Translations under genes and position numbers: made by a program | Shown: positions 11,201 to 22,292 of the stretch, piece after piece | Numbering within the stretch: position 1 is the stretch's first letter | How the letters are laid out: the number at the start of each line of letters is the position of its first letter | The notes under the pieces: model-generated | Told to the model about the DNA's origin: nothing | The model's database searches: none | Seen by the model: the letters and a program-made list of their open reading frames with translations, nothing else | Source: Amphiscolops sp. MND2022 | Taxonomy: Eukaryota | NCBI GenBank assembly: GCA_964187785.1 | Contig: OZ076413.1 | Span: forward strand, 44,890,001-44,954,000 | Length of the DNA: 64,000 nucleotides | Reading direction: 5' to 3'

Positions 11201-14200
11201 CGTTTCCCCGCATTGTAAACAATCATACGGCTTCTCGCTTAACATGAAATGACGAAATGCATTTACTGTGGAAGGTGCAGCGGCTATTCGTGACAGATTC
11301 AGAGTGGTAAGTCCAGTGGCTGTAGATGCCCCCCTTCTGGAGCCCCGAGTGGAAGTGGACGCCGCTCCCCCTCTGGACCCCCTGCCCCTAGTCCCCCTGG
11401 AGGACGTTGCCTTCGCTCCTCTGGTGCCCCTTCCCCCTCTAGAGGCTGCAATTGTGGTCGACTCCAAAACACTGCCGTTGTCTTCATTGTCACTGTCTGG
11501 AAAAATGTTTTTATTTTAAAAAATCTATTTAAGTTTTCATAATTTTGAAAAGCAAGATCTCTCTTGTTCAATAGTACTAAAACGCAAACAATAGGAGCAA
11601 ATTAAGGCGGATCAAGTTCACGTTGTATAAAAGCCTTATTGACGTGAAATATTGATCAGCATCAGTGCGGGGTTGCAAGGCAGAGTTGAATTTAACGGAA
11701 CTTCGCTTTCACGGCCTGATGAAATTAGTCAGCAGTTTGGAAACTATAATAAATAAGCACATTTTTTGTGACAGGTGTACAGTAAACCCTCGATTATCCG
11801 CCACCATCGGTCCAGCGCGAATTATGGCGGATAAGTGAGAGTGGCGGTTAATCAAGGGAGCTTAGACACGGGTGTTATAGCAAAATGTCCCCGTAGATTT
11901 GTGGCGGTTGACCAAAGGTGGCGGATAATCGAGTGGCGGATAATCGAGGGTTTACTGTACTTGATTTTACTTAAAATTGCGTTCAGAAACAATTTGAGAG
12001 TGTATTTTTGAGTGATAAACAATTTTTTGGCTTTACTCACCTGAAAACGTAATAACAGGATCTTGAACTTAGCGTTCAGTCTCTCAAAATCGCAAGACTA
12101 TACTTGAATTATTCTACAAGTGAAACAACTTTTTTGGTAGAAGTGATAAGTTTCAGTAACGGTGTACACCTGTGGCATTATCATTTTAGTAAAAAAAATT
12201 GATCCTCCGAAAGAAACAATTTTTTCTCGTTATGAGAAAAGTCTATCCCGGGAAAGGGGTCTAAATGAGCAGTGGTTGTTTGTAGTGAGTAACATAACAT
12301 CAAACACACCTAATACACCGGTGAGATCAGTGGCGCCAGTTTTGCCAGAGTTACGTTGGGAAGACCGAGTGAATTCCAGGGCAGCAGCCAGTTCCGACAT
12401 GGCCTCTTCCTGTGACTCACTGTACTCGCCCTTGGCACCCGCTACCCTGGACGAAGAGGAGCCAGTGGCGTTGATGCTTGTCTTGGCTGCATTGAGTCGC
12501 TCCTTTCTGTACTTCACAATTTCATCATCGAACAAAGTGTCGTCGCTAGGGGGCTTCGGACTGAAACTTTGCCTGCGACAAAATAGACGCCGATGAGCAG
12601 TGTTGGCTAATATGAAAAATATTTACTTAAACGAACATACTTTTCAAGAAAGAACATAAATTTAGCGTTTAAGGAGAAAACTCTAACTTACTAGATAAGA
12701 GCATACCCATGAAAATCCTAGTACAGAAATAGAGGAGGGAATAACGTCTAAGGAATAACGTCTAAAGGTTCACCGGGAATAACGTCTAAAGGAATAACAT
12801 CTAAACTGAAATATTAGGGAATAACGTCTAAAGAAATGGGAATAACGTCTAAACCGAGGAATAACGTCTAAAAAGAGGAATAACGTCTAAACCTGAAAAC
12901 GGGAATAACGTCTTACTTACAGAAAAACGTATAAAATACAGAAAAATTGTCAAAACACGTCCGAAAAACGGGAATAACGTCTAAAATTGGAAATATTCAG
13001 GTCAACCGAGATCTGATGCTATGAAGTGATTCAAAGCATAAAACATGTCTCGGATATGTCCCCATTTCCTCTAGTGCCCCGCGGCCCCTTGGGCCGCTTA
13101 TGTTCCCATCTTGCTAAGCGAGGTCGAACAGGAGCAAAGACCTAGCGGGAACGGAGATCGCGAAGCGATCGTAGTGGGAGCTGGTCTTTGCGACGGTGAG
13201 GGCGAGCGTGCATACACCGAATACGTCCCCACATTAGGTGGGAAAAATTAATTACTATGAATTGTTGTTGTTCGAATTAAGGGTACCGTAGACAATGATA
13301 ACCTTGCCAGGACCCATTTTTGTGCCAGCCATTTTGTGTGAAAATATTCAGTAATTAATATTTTAGATTTCAGGAAGTTCAACTTTCAAAACAGGAATAA
13401 CGTCTAAAAAACGGGAATAACGTCTAAAAAAGCGGGAATAACGTCTAAAAAAACGGGAATAACGTCTAAAACTTTAGACGTTATTCCCGAAAAATGATTT
13501 AAATTTAGACGTTATTCCCGTTTTCAATTTAGACGTTATTCCTTAGACGTTATTCCCGCCCGCCGTACAGAAATAGACACACGACTTTGGGCGTTGTTAA
13601 CTATCCATCCTCCAAAATCAACCTTGATTACAATTACACCGCTAAAATTCAATCTGAGGACAATCAGGGGGAAGTACAGTGTGATATAGTTTTCACTAAT
13701 GATTTATTTCAGCTTTTAAATCACTTACACTGTCCAGTTGACAGTTTTTCGGACCTGGTGGTCAACCAATGAGTGCAAAGCGTCTGTTTCTTCCTTCTCA
13801 GCGAACTCCTGAACGGCCAATGAGAGTCCAGTCTCAGTGAGCACCGATAATTTGTACCTCTGATCTGACTGGTCAGCCGAATGAAAGAAGCGTTTAACCA
13901 ATCCTACGACAGTTGTGCTTAGGTTAGGTGCCGCTTTCGGGTTCATGGAGCTTTCAATAGCATCGCGAAAATCACCGGCAAGTTCTGAAAACAGTCAACA
14001 TCAGGATCAGGTGCTCTTTATTCCTCAGCCAAATTAAGGCAAGGGGTAAAACAAGGGGTGATACTAAAGGTACTGTAGTACCAAAAGTATCTTTTATGTA
14101 ATCATATCAAACTCACACCCAAATCTTGACAAAAATCTTCGAATCATATAAATGTAAAAATTTTCGCGCAAAATAAAATCGCGGCCATAGTTTTAAAATT

Positions 14201-17200
14201 AGTGAAACTCATTCGTACCAAAAACGCATTATAGCTTGAGTCCAACCCACTTTAATTGAACTTCACAAGAACTTCCTGCTTCGAAGTTCTGTTCAAAAAT
14301 AATAGATGTAAACTAATCGACTAAATACATATTTAACTATTGGAACCATGCATAAAATTGAAAGAGTAAACCGAGAGCAGATAAATTCTTAAGCACTTAA
14401 AACTCATCATTTCACCTTTGAGCATATTGCGTTTATCCTTTTTGTCCTCGTCTGTTTGTCTATGAAGAGTGATGATGTCTTTGGCGTTGGCCACCTGCTC
14501 CACAAACTGCTTGCCGAACAGACATACGTTCACGGGGCAGTCCACCGAGGACCCATTGGCGCTAGATGAAGAGGGGCCCCCAGTGTCGCCGGAGCCCAGG
14601 ATGTCCGGGCAGTAGTGCACTCTAAGTCTGATCAGAGGTCTATCAACAGGTTGTTTCTAGAGAAGCAATACAACAAAAACAAGGTTCTCCAACAAAATGC
14701 GACACAAAATGCAAGGCAAAAATAATCGATGCAACTATAGTCATAACTTTTTGTCATTTTTTTCGATACACCTGAACTAGCCAAAATAGCTCTATCAAAA
14801 AATCTTCAAATTTGTAACTTCTAACTGCCACTTGGCGTAGAGGTGTAACCCGGATTTCTGAAAAAGTCTGAGAAGGAGGGGACGTGGATTCGAGTCTCGC
14901 TCTAAACCAAAAGTTTTTCTATGCGACTAAACGAAGAAAAAAATCTCAGAAACGTTTTTTCACAATTTTTTGGTTTTTTGAATTCTTTTGTGGAGGAAAC
15001 ATGTTTCCCGAGTCTTAAGGGTGACCTATTTGTTACTTTTTGATCCTGTAGAACTGATGAGTTTTCTTGATGATTGTGGAAAACACTTTTTTCGGTTCTG
15101 TGCGTCTTTCCGAAGCTTTCATTTGGTCGAAGGGTACCCCCACGTTTTCATAGCTAATTTCAGTAGCTTTGCGAGCTGAAACCTTTTTCGGCACTACGGG
15201 ACTTTCCGAAAAAAATAATTCCGGAGAAAAAATGGATTTTTTTGTTTCAAGTGTTTTGTTACAATTTTTTTTGTTACGGAAAAAGTGGTTTCCGAGTCTT
15301 ATGCGTATCCCTTAGGGTATTTTAAGGAACTGAAAAAAGTTTTTAAATAGTGCCCTTTGCATATTTAAGAAACTTGGTCGTTTGAAACTTGAGCGGGGCG
15401 CCGACTTGGACCGGTCCCGGCTTGTTTGATTTGAAGAAACGACAAACAACAAAAACTTAAACCTCAAACAAGCTCTGAAACACGCGTGTTTTCATATTGC
15501 AAACAAATTTTATACAAATGGAAAACTTCGCGTTTAAAAGAAATATACGTTGTTGTTCAATGAGTTATACATTCCTAAACTTATTCAAGGTTTAAAAGGA
15601 AGAGTATACACTGGAAATAACAAAATTCAATGTCGTTGAGTTTGTGTCTAATCAGATTGAAAACTAACCGGGTGTCCACTGTGCAATCTCTTGGATTCCT
15701 CTATCATCTCGTCCACTATTTTGCAACAATACTGGTTGACCTTTTCCTTGTACTTCGGCTTCTTTGGGTCAATTTTGGAGTCTTCAAATAAATTGATGTC
15801 TCTCAGAACGAACGGTCGCACTGTCTTCAGAGGAACTTTGTCAGCCTATATATAAATTTTCTAAGATCAAAACTAAAAAAACACTCTATATTAGCTACTA
15901 TGACCAGTCATCAAAATTATCCGCCAGAAGAATTCAACAAAATAACGAGCACAGCTAAAAATAGAGAGATTCGTGGGAAATCAGTGAACAAACAAAACAG
16001 CGTCTGCAGTGAAGAAGAGCATTCATGAACAGATGTGGTGAAAAAATATCCTGAGAATTTAGATTTCAAACATACCTTGAACTGATTACCTCTCACGTGA
16101 ATGATCCAGGTGTTCTTCGGACTCGCTTCGCTTTGGCAGAGAGAAGTGGCAACTGAGCTGCCTGGTTGCAGAACGTAGAAATCCTGAGTGGCGTTGTGAA
16201 CGGGACCATCCATCGCCTGTGAAACAAAATAGTAACAACTTTAGCCCTATTTCAGTTTTCCCATGTTTTAATCACAACCGTGGTCAGAGATTGGCTGATT
16301 GAATACAAAATATCAGGAAAACGCTTCATCGAAAATCTCGCAAAGTAAATGAGAAATTCGGTACTGTGATAAAGAAATGGAACATAGGGCTGTGAAAAAG
16401 AAATGAGACTAAATTAGACTTTCAATTGAATATCCTCATGAAAATATTGAAATAATACTACAAAACTAGGTAAAACTTTTGCAAATATTAATAATGAAAA
16501 ACTCCAGATAAATTCAGTAAGAATCAACCGATTATTTATCGACTTATAAAATTCTTTAAGAACAAGTTTTCAAGTCCTCCAAAGTTTTGGGATGTCGCTT
16601 CCCAACTCTGCATCACCTGATTTTGATAAAACCCTAAAATTCTATCTTATTTCCAACCAATTTAGCACGTTGACCCTTCAATTTTTGACAACCTTTACTC
16701 TGTAGACGGACAAAGTTCCTCCGCTTTGGAAACACCACAATTATTGTTTCGTCCGAGAACAGCATCTTTTGGATAATCGTGGGATTTTTAGTCGGCGTTT
16801 TCGAAGAAAATCCCGACTCTTACAGTGGCTAGTTTTTTTCGTCAGTTCAACGCGTAACGTCCACTTTTTGTGCATTAATGCATATTTACCATTTTTTACC
16901 ATATGTACTTAGTACTTCATTTTCAACGCATCCAAAGCCTCTAACATGAGATAAAAAGCCATTCCAAAGCAGAAGGGTCCACTTTTTTCGACACTATGAG
17001 ACTTTCCTCCTTTTTTCGGCACTGTGAGACTGATTTTTTTCCGAATTTTTTTTTATTGTTCCTCCAATCAATTTTTGATATTTTGCAACAGAATGGATGT
17101 TCAAAAAATCCCAAAGCGTCCCCCTTTTACATTTTTCGGCACTATGCGACTTACCGGAAACTTCAAAAAAATTCCGAAAAAAAAATAGTTTTTTTGAGAG

Positions 17201-20200
17201 CTTTTGTTGTCTCCAGTGGTAGAAAAAGTGGTTTTCGTCTTTTTGAGCCTTAGATATGGCGCCGACTTGGGCCGTTCCCGGCTTGTTGTCATATATCTTT
17301 CGCCCAAACATATCGTTTGAGTCGATGTGCTCTGGAAAGAAACAGTTTTGGAGCAGCAAAAGTTATGTAATCTAGGGACAGCAAAGTTTTGGAGAAACAA
17401 CTTTTGGCTGAGACAAACACTTCCTGGTTGTCAATTGCTGCTAAAATTTGTCCAATGTTCGAGGTCTTCGGGTATTCGGTCAATTTTCGAGGATTGTTGA
17501 GTTCTTTTTGAATCGTAGTATTATATATTATATATGGTAGATCGAGGAATTTCCATTCATTTTGAGATAAAATGCACCATTCTGATATGTTATAATGATA
17601 CAAGAAATCGTGGTTTTACAGTGGCTTGAGGCATTTTGTTAACTAAATGGTCATAAGCGTCTAACAAATCAAACAATGGGAGGAGGCCATGTGAATTAAA
17701 CTCTCGATACCTTGTTTATTTATGCAACAATAGAAGGCAAACTGGAGAGTCCGATCTCTATCAGATGCTTATGTTCCCTTTCTTTGTCATAGCACTGTAT
17801 GTATTAATTGTTGTGACAAATATTTTCAAAATATTGAACACAACTAGAAACTGGAGTGCGTCTACGAAGCAGACAATTCAACATGCAGAAACAAAACAAA
17901 ATACCATTAAATAGACTCGATTCCTATTGGTTGAAAAATGAAATTCCAGATTATAACTAATTCAGATTAGCAGTGTTAAAATTATTGTTATAACGTAGTC
18001 AGCTATGTCAGCATACCCCTAGTACCCTAAATGCGAAGCAACGTGCCATATGGCCATACCTCAATGTTGCTACTTGGCGAAGGGAGCGCGAAGCGATCGA
18101 ACTATACAACAAATATACTGTTAATATGCTCTTCAAATAAATCAAGTTCCATACATATTGGCTGTAACAGCACTCATTTCATTGATTTGTAATTCTATAT
18201 TCTGATTGGTCAAATAATTAACGTTTTGATTAAACTTTCTGTCGATTGTAGACGGTCTGCTTGTTAGACTACTTTCCTACAAGTTATATCTGGAACGTCA
18301 GTGAAAATAGTAAATTCATTAAGGCTATCGAACTCAAGTCAATGCCGCATAGTAAATGCTTGCAACACAAGGCATAGTGACAACTCATCAACATTGAATT
18401 GAAACACAAACAATATCATGAATTGAAACACAATTGATCAAGGTTAGGGATCTTCTGTGTTAATTCCCCCCTACAGTAAGCGCGGAAATTTTAATTCCCC
18501 ACCACTATCAGCGATGAGTTTCAATTGCAGTTCGAGTTATAAAATACTGCAATTTGATTGGTTGATACTATTAATTCAATGATAATATCACTTGACCGCT
18601 TAACTGGGGGGGAATTAAATTGGTGGAGGGGGAATTAAATTGGTGGAGGGGAAATTAAATTGGTGGAGGGGGGGAATTGACAGAAAAGATCCAAGGTTAG
18701 TTAATTCAACATTCTTCTGGTGTAAAGGTGCTAATAGCCACTAATATGATATCAAATTAACTGGGACGCTTTTTTAGCCGAGCGAGAATTAACTGATCAA
18801 ATTAGCGCCAGTTAGCAGATGATAGGAGTAATTTCATGGAAGTTTTTCCTAACCCCACGCAAAAAATGGTTAAATTGTTAAATTAGCAGAAGCAATTAGA
18901 ATCTTTTAGGAAAAATTAACAACCCGGGAACGGCCCAAGTCGGCACCATATCTAAGGCTCCATGACTCGAAAAGCACTTTTTCCACAACTGGAGACAACA
19001 AAAGCTCTCAAAAAACTAAAAATGGAGGGAAAAAAATCTATTTTTTCGAAGCTTTTGAAGTCTCCGGTAAGTCGCATAGTGCCGAAAAATGTGAAAGGGT
19101 GGACCCTTTGGGATTTTTTGAACATCCATTCTGTTGCATAATATCAAACAATTTAAGGGGGAGCCTTAAATGACATTTAAAAAATTTGCAAAAAAAATCT
19201 CAAAGCCGAAAAACTAACATGGACAAAAAATTGGTCAAGGGCGAGACTTGAACCCACGTCCTTCTGCTTCGTAGACCTCAAAAAATCCTGATTAACCTCT
19301 CTGCCAAGTGGCAGTAGAAGTCACAAGTTAGTGGAAGCAACAGCTTATAAAGCTTATAAACTCTGTCACTTCGTCGGTCTGAAAAAAAGCGCCAGTGCTA
19401 TTATACTCTGCGTTTTCTACGAAAAGCGCCGACTAAAAAGTAATTCTAATGATTCTCTAAATTCTAGATTCTAATAGAATTTTCTTTACATCATATCACG
19501 GTTTCAGTACGCGCGGTCCTTATTAATATCTAAGGAAGAGAAAAAAAGATTAAAAATAGAATGCATTAGGCAAAAACTTGGTTTTTTAACGAGTGTGTGG
19601 AGAAAAGAGCCAGTTTGTGATCTCGGAATATGGCATTAGTTGTCGCTTTTTCTAATTGACCTGAGTTTTTGCTTGATATGAGTTGTCGCTTTATATGAGT
19701 TGTCACCTCACGGCAACACACAATCATAATACCAATATGATACTCCTATATGTTGATCTGTATAGCATGTAGCGTGGGGTACAAAACCATTAAGTATTTT
19801 GAGGGAGTGGCAAAAGACATTCCTGTTTCAACCAATATGTATCATATAAAGCTCATTGAATTTTTCCGATTTTAAGTAATGAACTATAAACGAAACGGAT
19901 TGGTCAGTCCACTTGGAGATTTATGGATTAAAACTGTTTCTAACCTCGTGTTCATGTCCCCAGATGACCAAATGTAAGTTAGGATGGAGAAAACTCTCTG
20001 GAATGTGATTGGTGGGTGTATGTCGCACGTGATTCTGGTGCAGCACGAACAGATTGAACCAATCAGAATCCACTGCGTCATCGCCCTCTTTGTCGTTCAA
20101 CTGATCTTGTTGCTGTTGGGGAAACTTGATGTTGACCTTACCTGCCACAAACATTCTATGCAGGCGCTCATCTCGCACTGAACTCAGTCCGAATAAACAC

Positions 20201-22292
20201 AATTTCGTTCTACCTGTAACAAACGTTACAATTACAACTAAGCAAGCAGTTACTGTTGAAATCACTGTGTCCAAAACAAGCAGTGACCGGCTTAGTCTGC
20301 ACCCAGCTGAAGGTTCAAAAGTGCTGTTTCGACTGTTATCTCTAATTGGAGCATTGCGATTAAAATTTAAAAACCTTTTGGGCAGAACTATTGGAAAAAA
20401 ACTGGAACCTAGCCGAATTCGAACCGGATGTTTTCTTTTCAATCAATGTGTCTAACTACTAGCCAAAACTAAGGAGTTTGGTGAGATTGTATCTTCAAGT
20501 GGAGAATAGATTACAAAAATTGCTGGCGTTACATGTTAGAAACACGATTATCGTCACATACTTTAATTATCAACACATGGAGCGAAGTTGGTAAGAAGTG
20601 GAAGACAAAACCAATGCCTTTTTGGAGGGAAACCATGACAAGTGAACTAGGACAAAAAACGCGCTAACCACTTGTTGCGCCAGTGACTGACGCATTAACG
20701 ATTAAGCGGCGCTTTTTAGGAAAAAAAATTGGCCGAGTAAATTGCGAATTCTCTCAATTCTTTGAACTTTATGTTACGCCTTTGTGTAAACAAAATACCA
20801 GCACAAGAGAATAGTCTTTCAAATGTACTGGTGTTGGGTGGAACGCTCATTACTCCACTACAATTTTTGGAAAGCCGGAGGGTAAATTTTCGAATTTCGA
20901 CGCCAGACGGTTGAGAAATGGCTAAACGTTTGACCATTACGTAACTTTCGCTTTTTCCCACTATTTTAGCCGGTTAACCAACCTTTTTTGAATATTATTG
21001 GACTGACGTTGATTTCATCCAGCTGGGACACCTTGCCGAAGAAGTTGACCAGTCCGGAAGCACTGAGCACGTCCAGGGCACACAGATTCTCTGACCCGGT
21101 GGGGTCATCGTGATTTCCATTTATGGAGAAGACAGGGATGCCTACATTCAGGTTCACATCTTCGTGATTGGCCCACGGAAACTCAGTTGTAGCAAGACTC
21201 TAAAAATGCCCGGTTCATGTGAGTTCACTCAGCCTGCTGAGAAAATTTAAAATTGTATTTATTTTCAAACGGAGTGGGCAGATTAGTCATTCATAAACTT
21301 CGAAAGAAATTTTCATGTTGAAGTCAGAACGCTAAGTTAATATATGATCAGTCAATCATACACAGTGCGAATATTCTGGCTTCGGAGCAAATGATCTACA
21401 GAATCTCCATACCCAACTACACCATACCCAACAAGAATTCACCCCCAAAAACAACGGTTTTGAAATATGACATTGAAAGATCAGAATAATGATTGATATC
21501 ATCTATTTTGAATTGCGATAAATTTCTTGATTCCTAAAAATCCAAAAAAATATTGAGAAGTCAAGATCCGTAATTTCTAACAATTTGGTGAACTCTGAAG
21601 CTCACAGAATTGATACGATTGATAAATAAGGTCTGGTTGATTAGAAGCAATTAACTTGAACTATACTTCACCTGAACGGGGTCGCTGATGATTTCGAAGT
21701 TACAGGGCTTGTCTCCGAGAGAATATTTGCGTAGCAAGTTCATGCATTTGAACATAGATCTCCGAGTGGGTTTGTTTTTGTGGAACAAATCTCCTCCGAG
21801 AAGAACGAAGTCTACCTTGAAACAAAAACCATTTTGAGCATCGAAGAGACAAAGCGACTTTGAGATTCCCCATATGATTAACGTTAACACTCGTAAACAT
21901 ATCTCAGTTTCAGAAACCTCAACAGAATAAGCTAATCTTTGGTGGACTACATTAACTGATCCCTGTTAAAAATCGATGTATTTGATATGAACAACCGAAA
22001 AAATTAATGATAATGATTCGGGGATCGTTGTATTTTGATTTTGGACTTCGCTTTGGCCATGATTAATTTAGTTCAAAGTGTCAACTATCAGATCCAAGCT
22101 TCAAAACGAAGCCTTTCCAACCTGTCGCTCCTGTGCAATCTGGAGTACTTCCTCGAAGGAGTCGAAGGAGTCTTGCGCCCTGATTGGACACTCCTCGTTG
22201 TAGCCCAGGTGGTTGTCAGTGGACACCAAGATCTTGAAGGTGTCTGGGTCGCCATCGTTGTTGTTGTCGTCATTTCGCGAAGAGCTAGGCAT
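8203..22292 (-). CDS. MRE11: double-strand break repair nuclease MRE11 (12 coding exons, ~811 aa)
   Basis: Exons (minus): 22292-22122, 21815-21672, 21199-20983, 20213-19945, 16216-16076, 15845-15669, 14656-14416, 13984-13729, 12572-12310 (donor could be 12319), 11496-11267, 9068-8879, 8339-8203. All GT-AG and phase-consistent, 2436 nt. All five phosphoesterase motifs are present (STDNHLG, GGDLFH, GNHDD, LHQN, WGHEH), plus [25 protein letters not shown] and an RG-rich GAR motif. Confidence 0.95.
9240..9400 (-). pseudogene. hAT transposase C-terminal dimerisation-domain relic
   Basis: Minus strand reads [29 protein letters not shown], matching the hAT SVP-x-TS-xx-ERLFS motif. Homologous to 20760-20885. 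Confidence 0.6.
9780..9943. repeat. ~164-bp near-perfect palindrome (fold-back MITE-like)
   Basis: Arms of ~81 bp centred on gatcagaagat-g-atcttctgatc. Confidence 0.85.
10508..10837 (-). mobile_element. HINE/Helentron-like element, family A
   Basis: aacaagctgggaccggcccaagtcggcgcc at the left (3' end); gcgccgaataaaaa at the right (5' end). Confidence 0.65.
10845..11070. repeat. degenerate ~138-bp tandem duplication
   Basis: aaaaaatccc..actagca..tttacggatt..gaaaaataca..atatt occurs twice. Confidence 0.6.
11780..11957. mobile_element. Tc1/mariner (pogo/Tigger-like) MITE, 178 bp
   Basis: Perfect 25-bp TIR CAGTAAACCCTCGATTATCCGCCAC, flanked by TA on both sides. Confidence 0.9.
12734..13564. mobile_element. 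fold-back/MULE-like MITE with GGAATAACGTCTAA repeat arms
   Basis: GG..CC ends, inverted arrays of GGAATAACGTCTAA, flanking direct repeat GTACAGAAATAGA (12721-12733 and 13565-13577), internal core module X (~13060-13235). Confidence 0.85.
14750..15426 (+). mobile_element. HINE-like element, family A variant with tRNA-like module
   Basis: 3' end ggggcgccgacttggaccggtcccggcttgtt; tRNA-like A/B boxes at ~14825-14910; 5' boundary uncertain. Confidence 0.55.
16785..17287 (+). mobile_element. HINE/Helentron-like element, family A
   Basis: 5' tttttagtcggcg..cccgact; 3' ggcgccgacttggGCCGttccCGGCttgtt. Confidence 0.7.
17990..18118 (+). repeat. MITE core module Y
   Basis: atacccctag..gccatatggccatacctcaatgttgctacttggcgaagg..atacaacaaat. 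Also at 43790-43908 (reverse), 59418-59530 and 60740-60860. Confidence 0.75.
18448..18692. mobile_element. Merlin-like MITE, 245 bp
   Basis: Imperfect ~24-bp TIR GGATCTT..AATTCCCCCC, 8-bp TSD AAGGTTAG, internal 20-bp tandem repeat ggaattaaattggtggaggg x3. Confidence 0.75.
18918..19439 (-). mobile_element. HINE-like element, family A with tRNA-like module
   Basis: Both termini are present; tRNA-like segment 19315-19231 ends in ..GACCA. Confidence 0.7.
20760..20885 (-). pseudogene. hAT transposase dimerisation-domain relic
   Basis: [29 protein letters not shown] within ORF 20716..20961. Confidence 0.65.

Noticed and set aside
12734..13564. CRISPR-like array of GGAATAACGTCTAA repeats with variable spacers
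   Set aside because: The repeats are only 14 bp, spacers are irregular, orientation inverts at the right end, the context is a eukaryotic intron and there are no cas genes. These are transposon arms.
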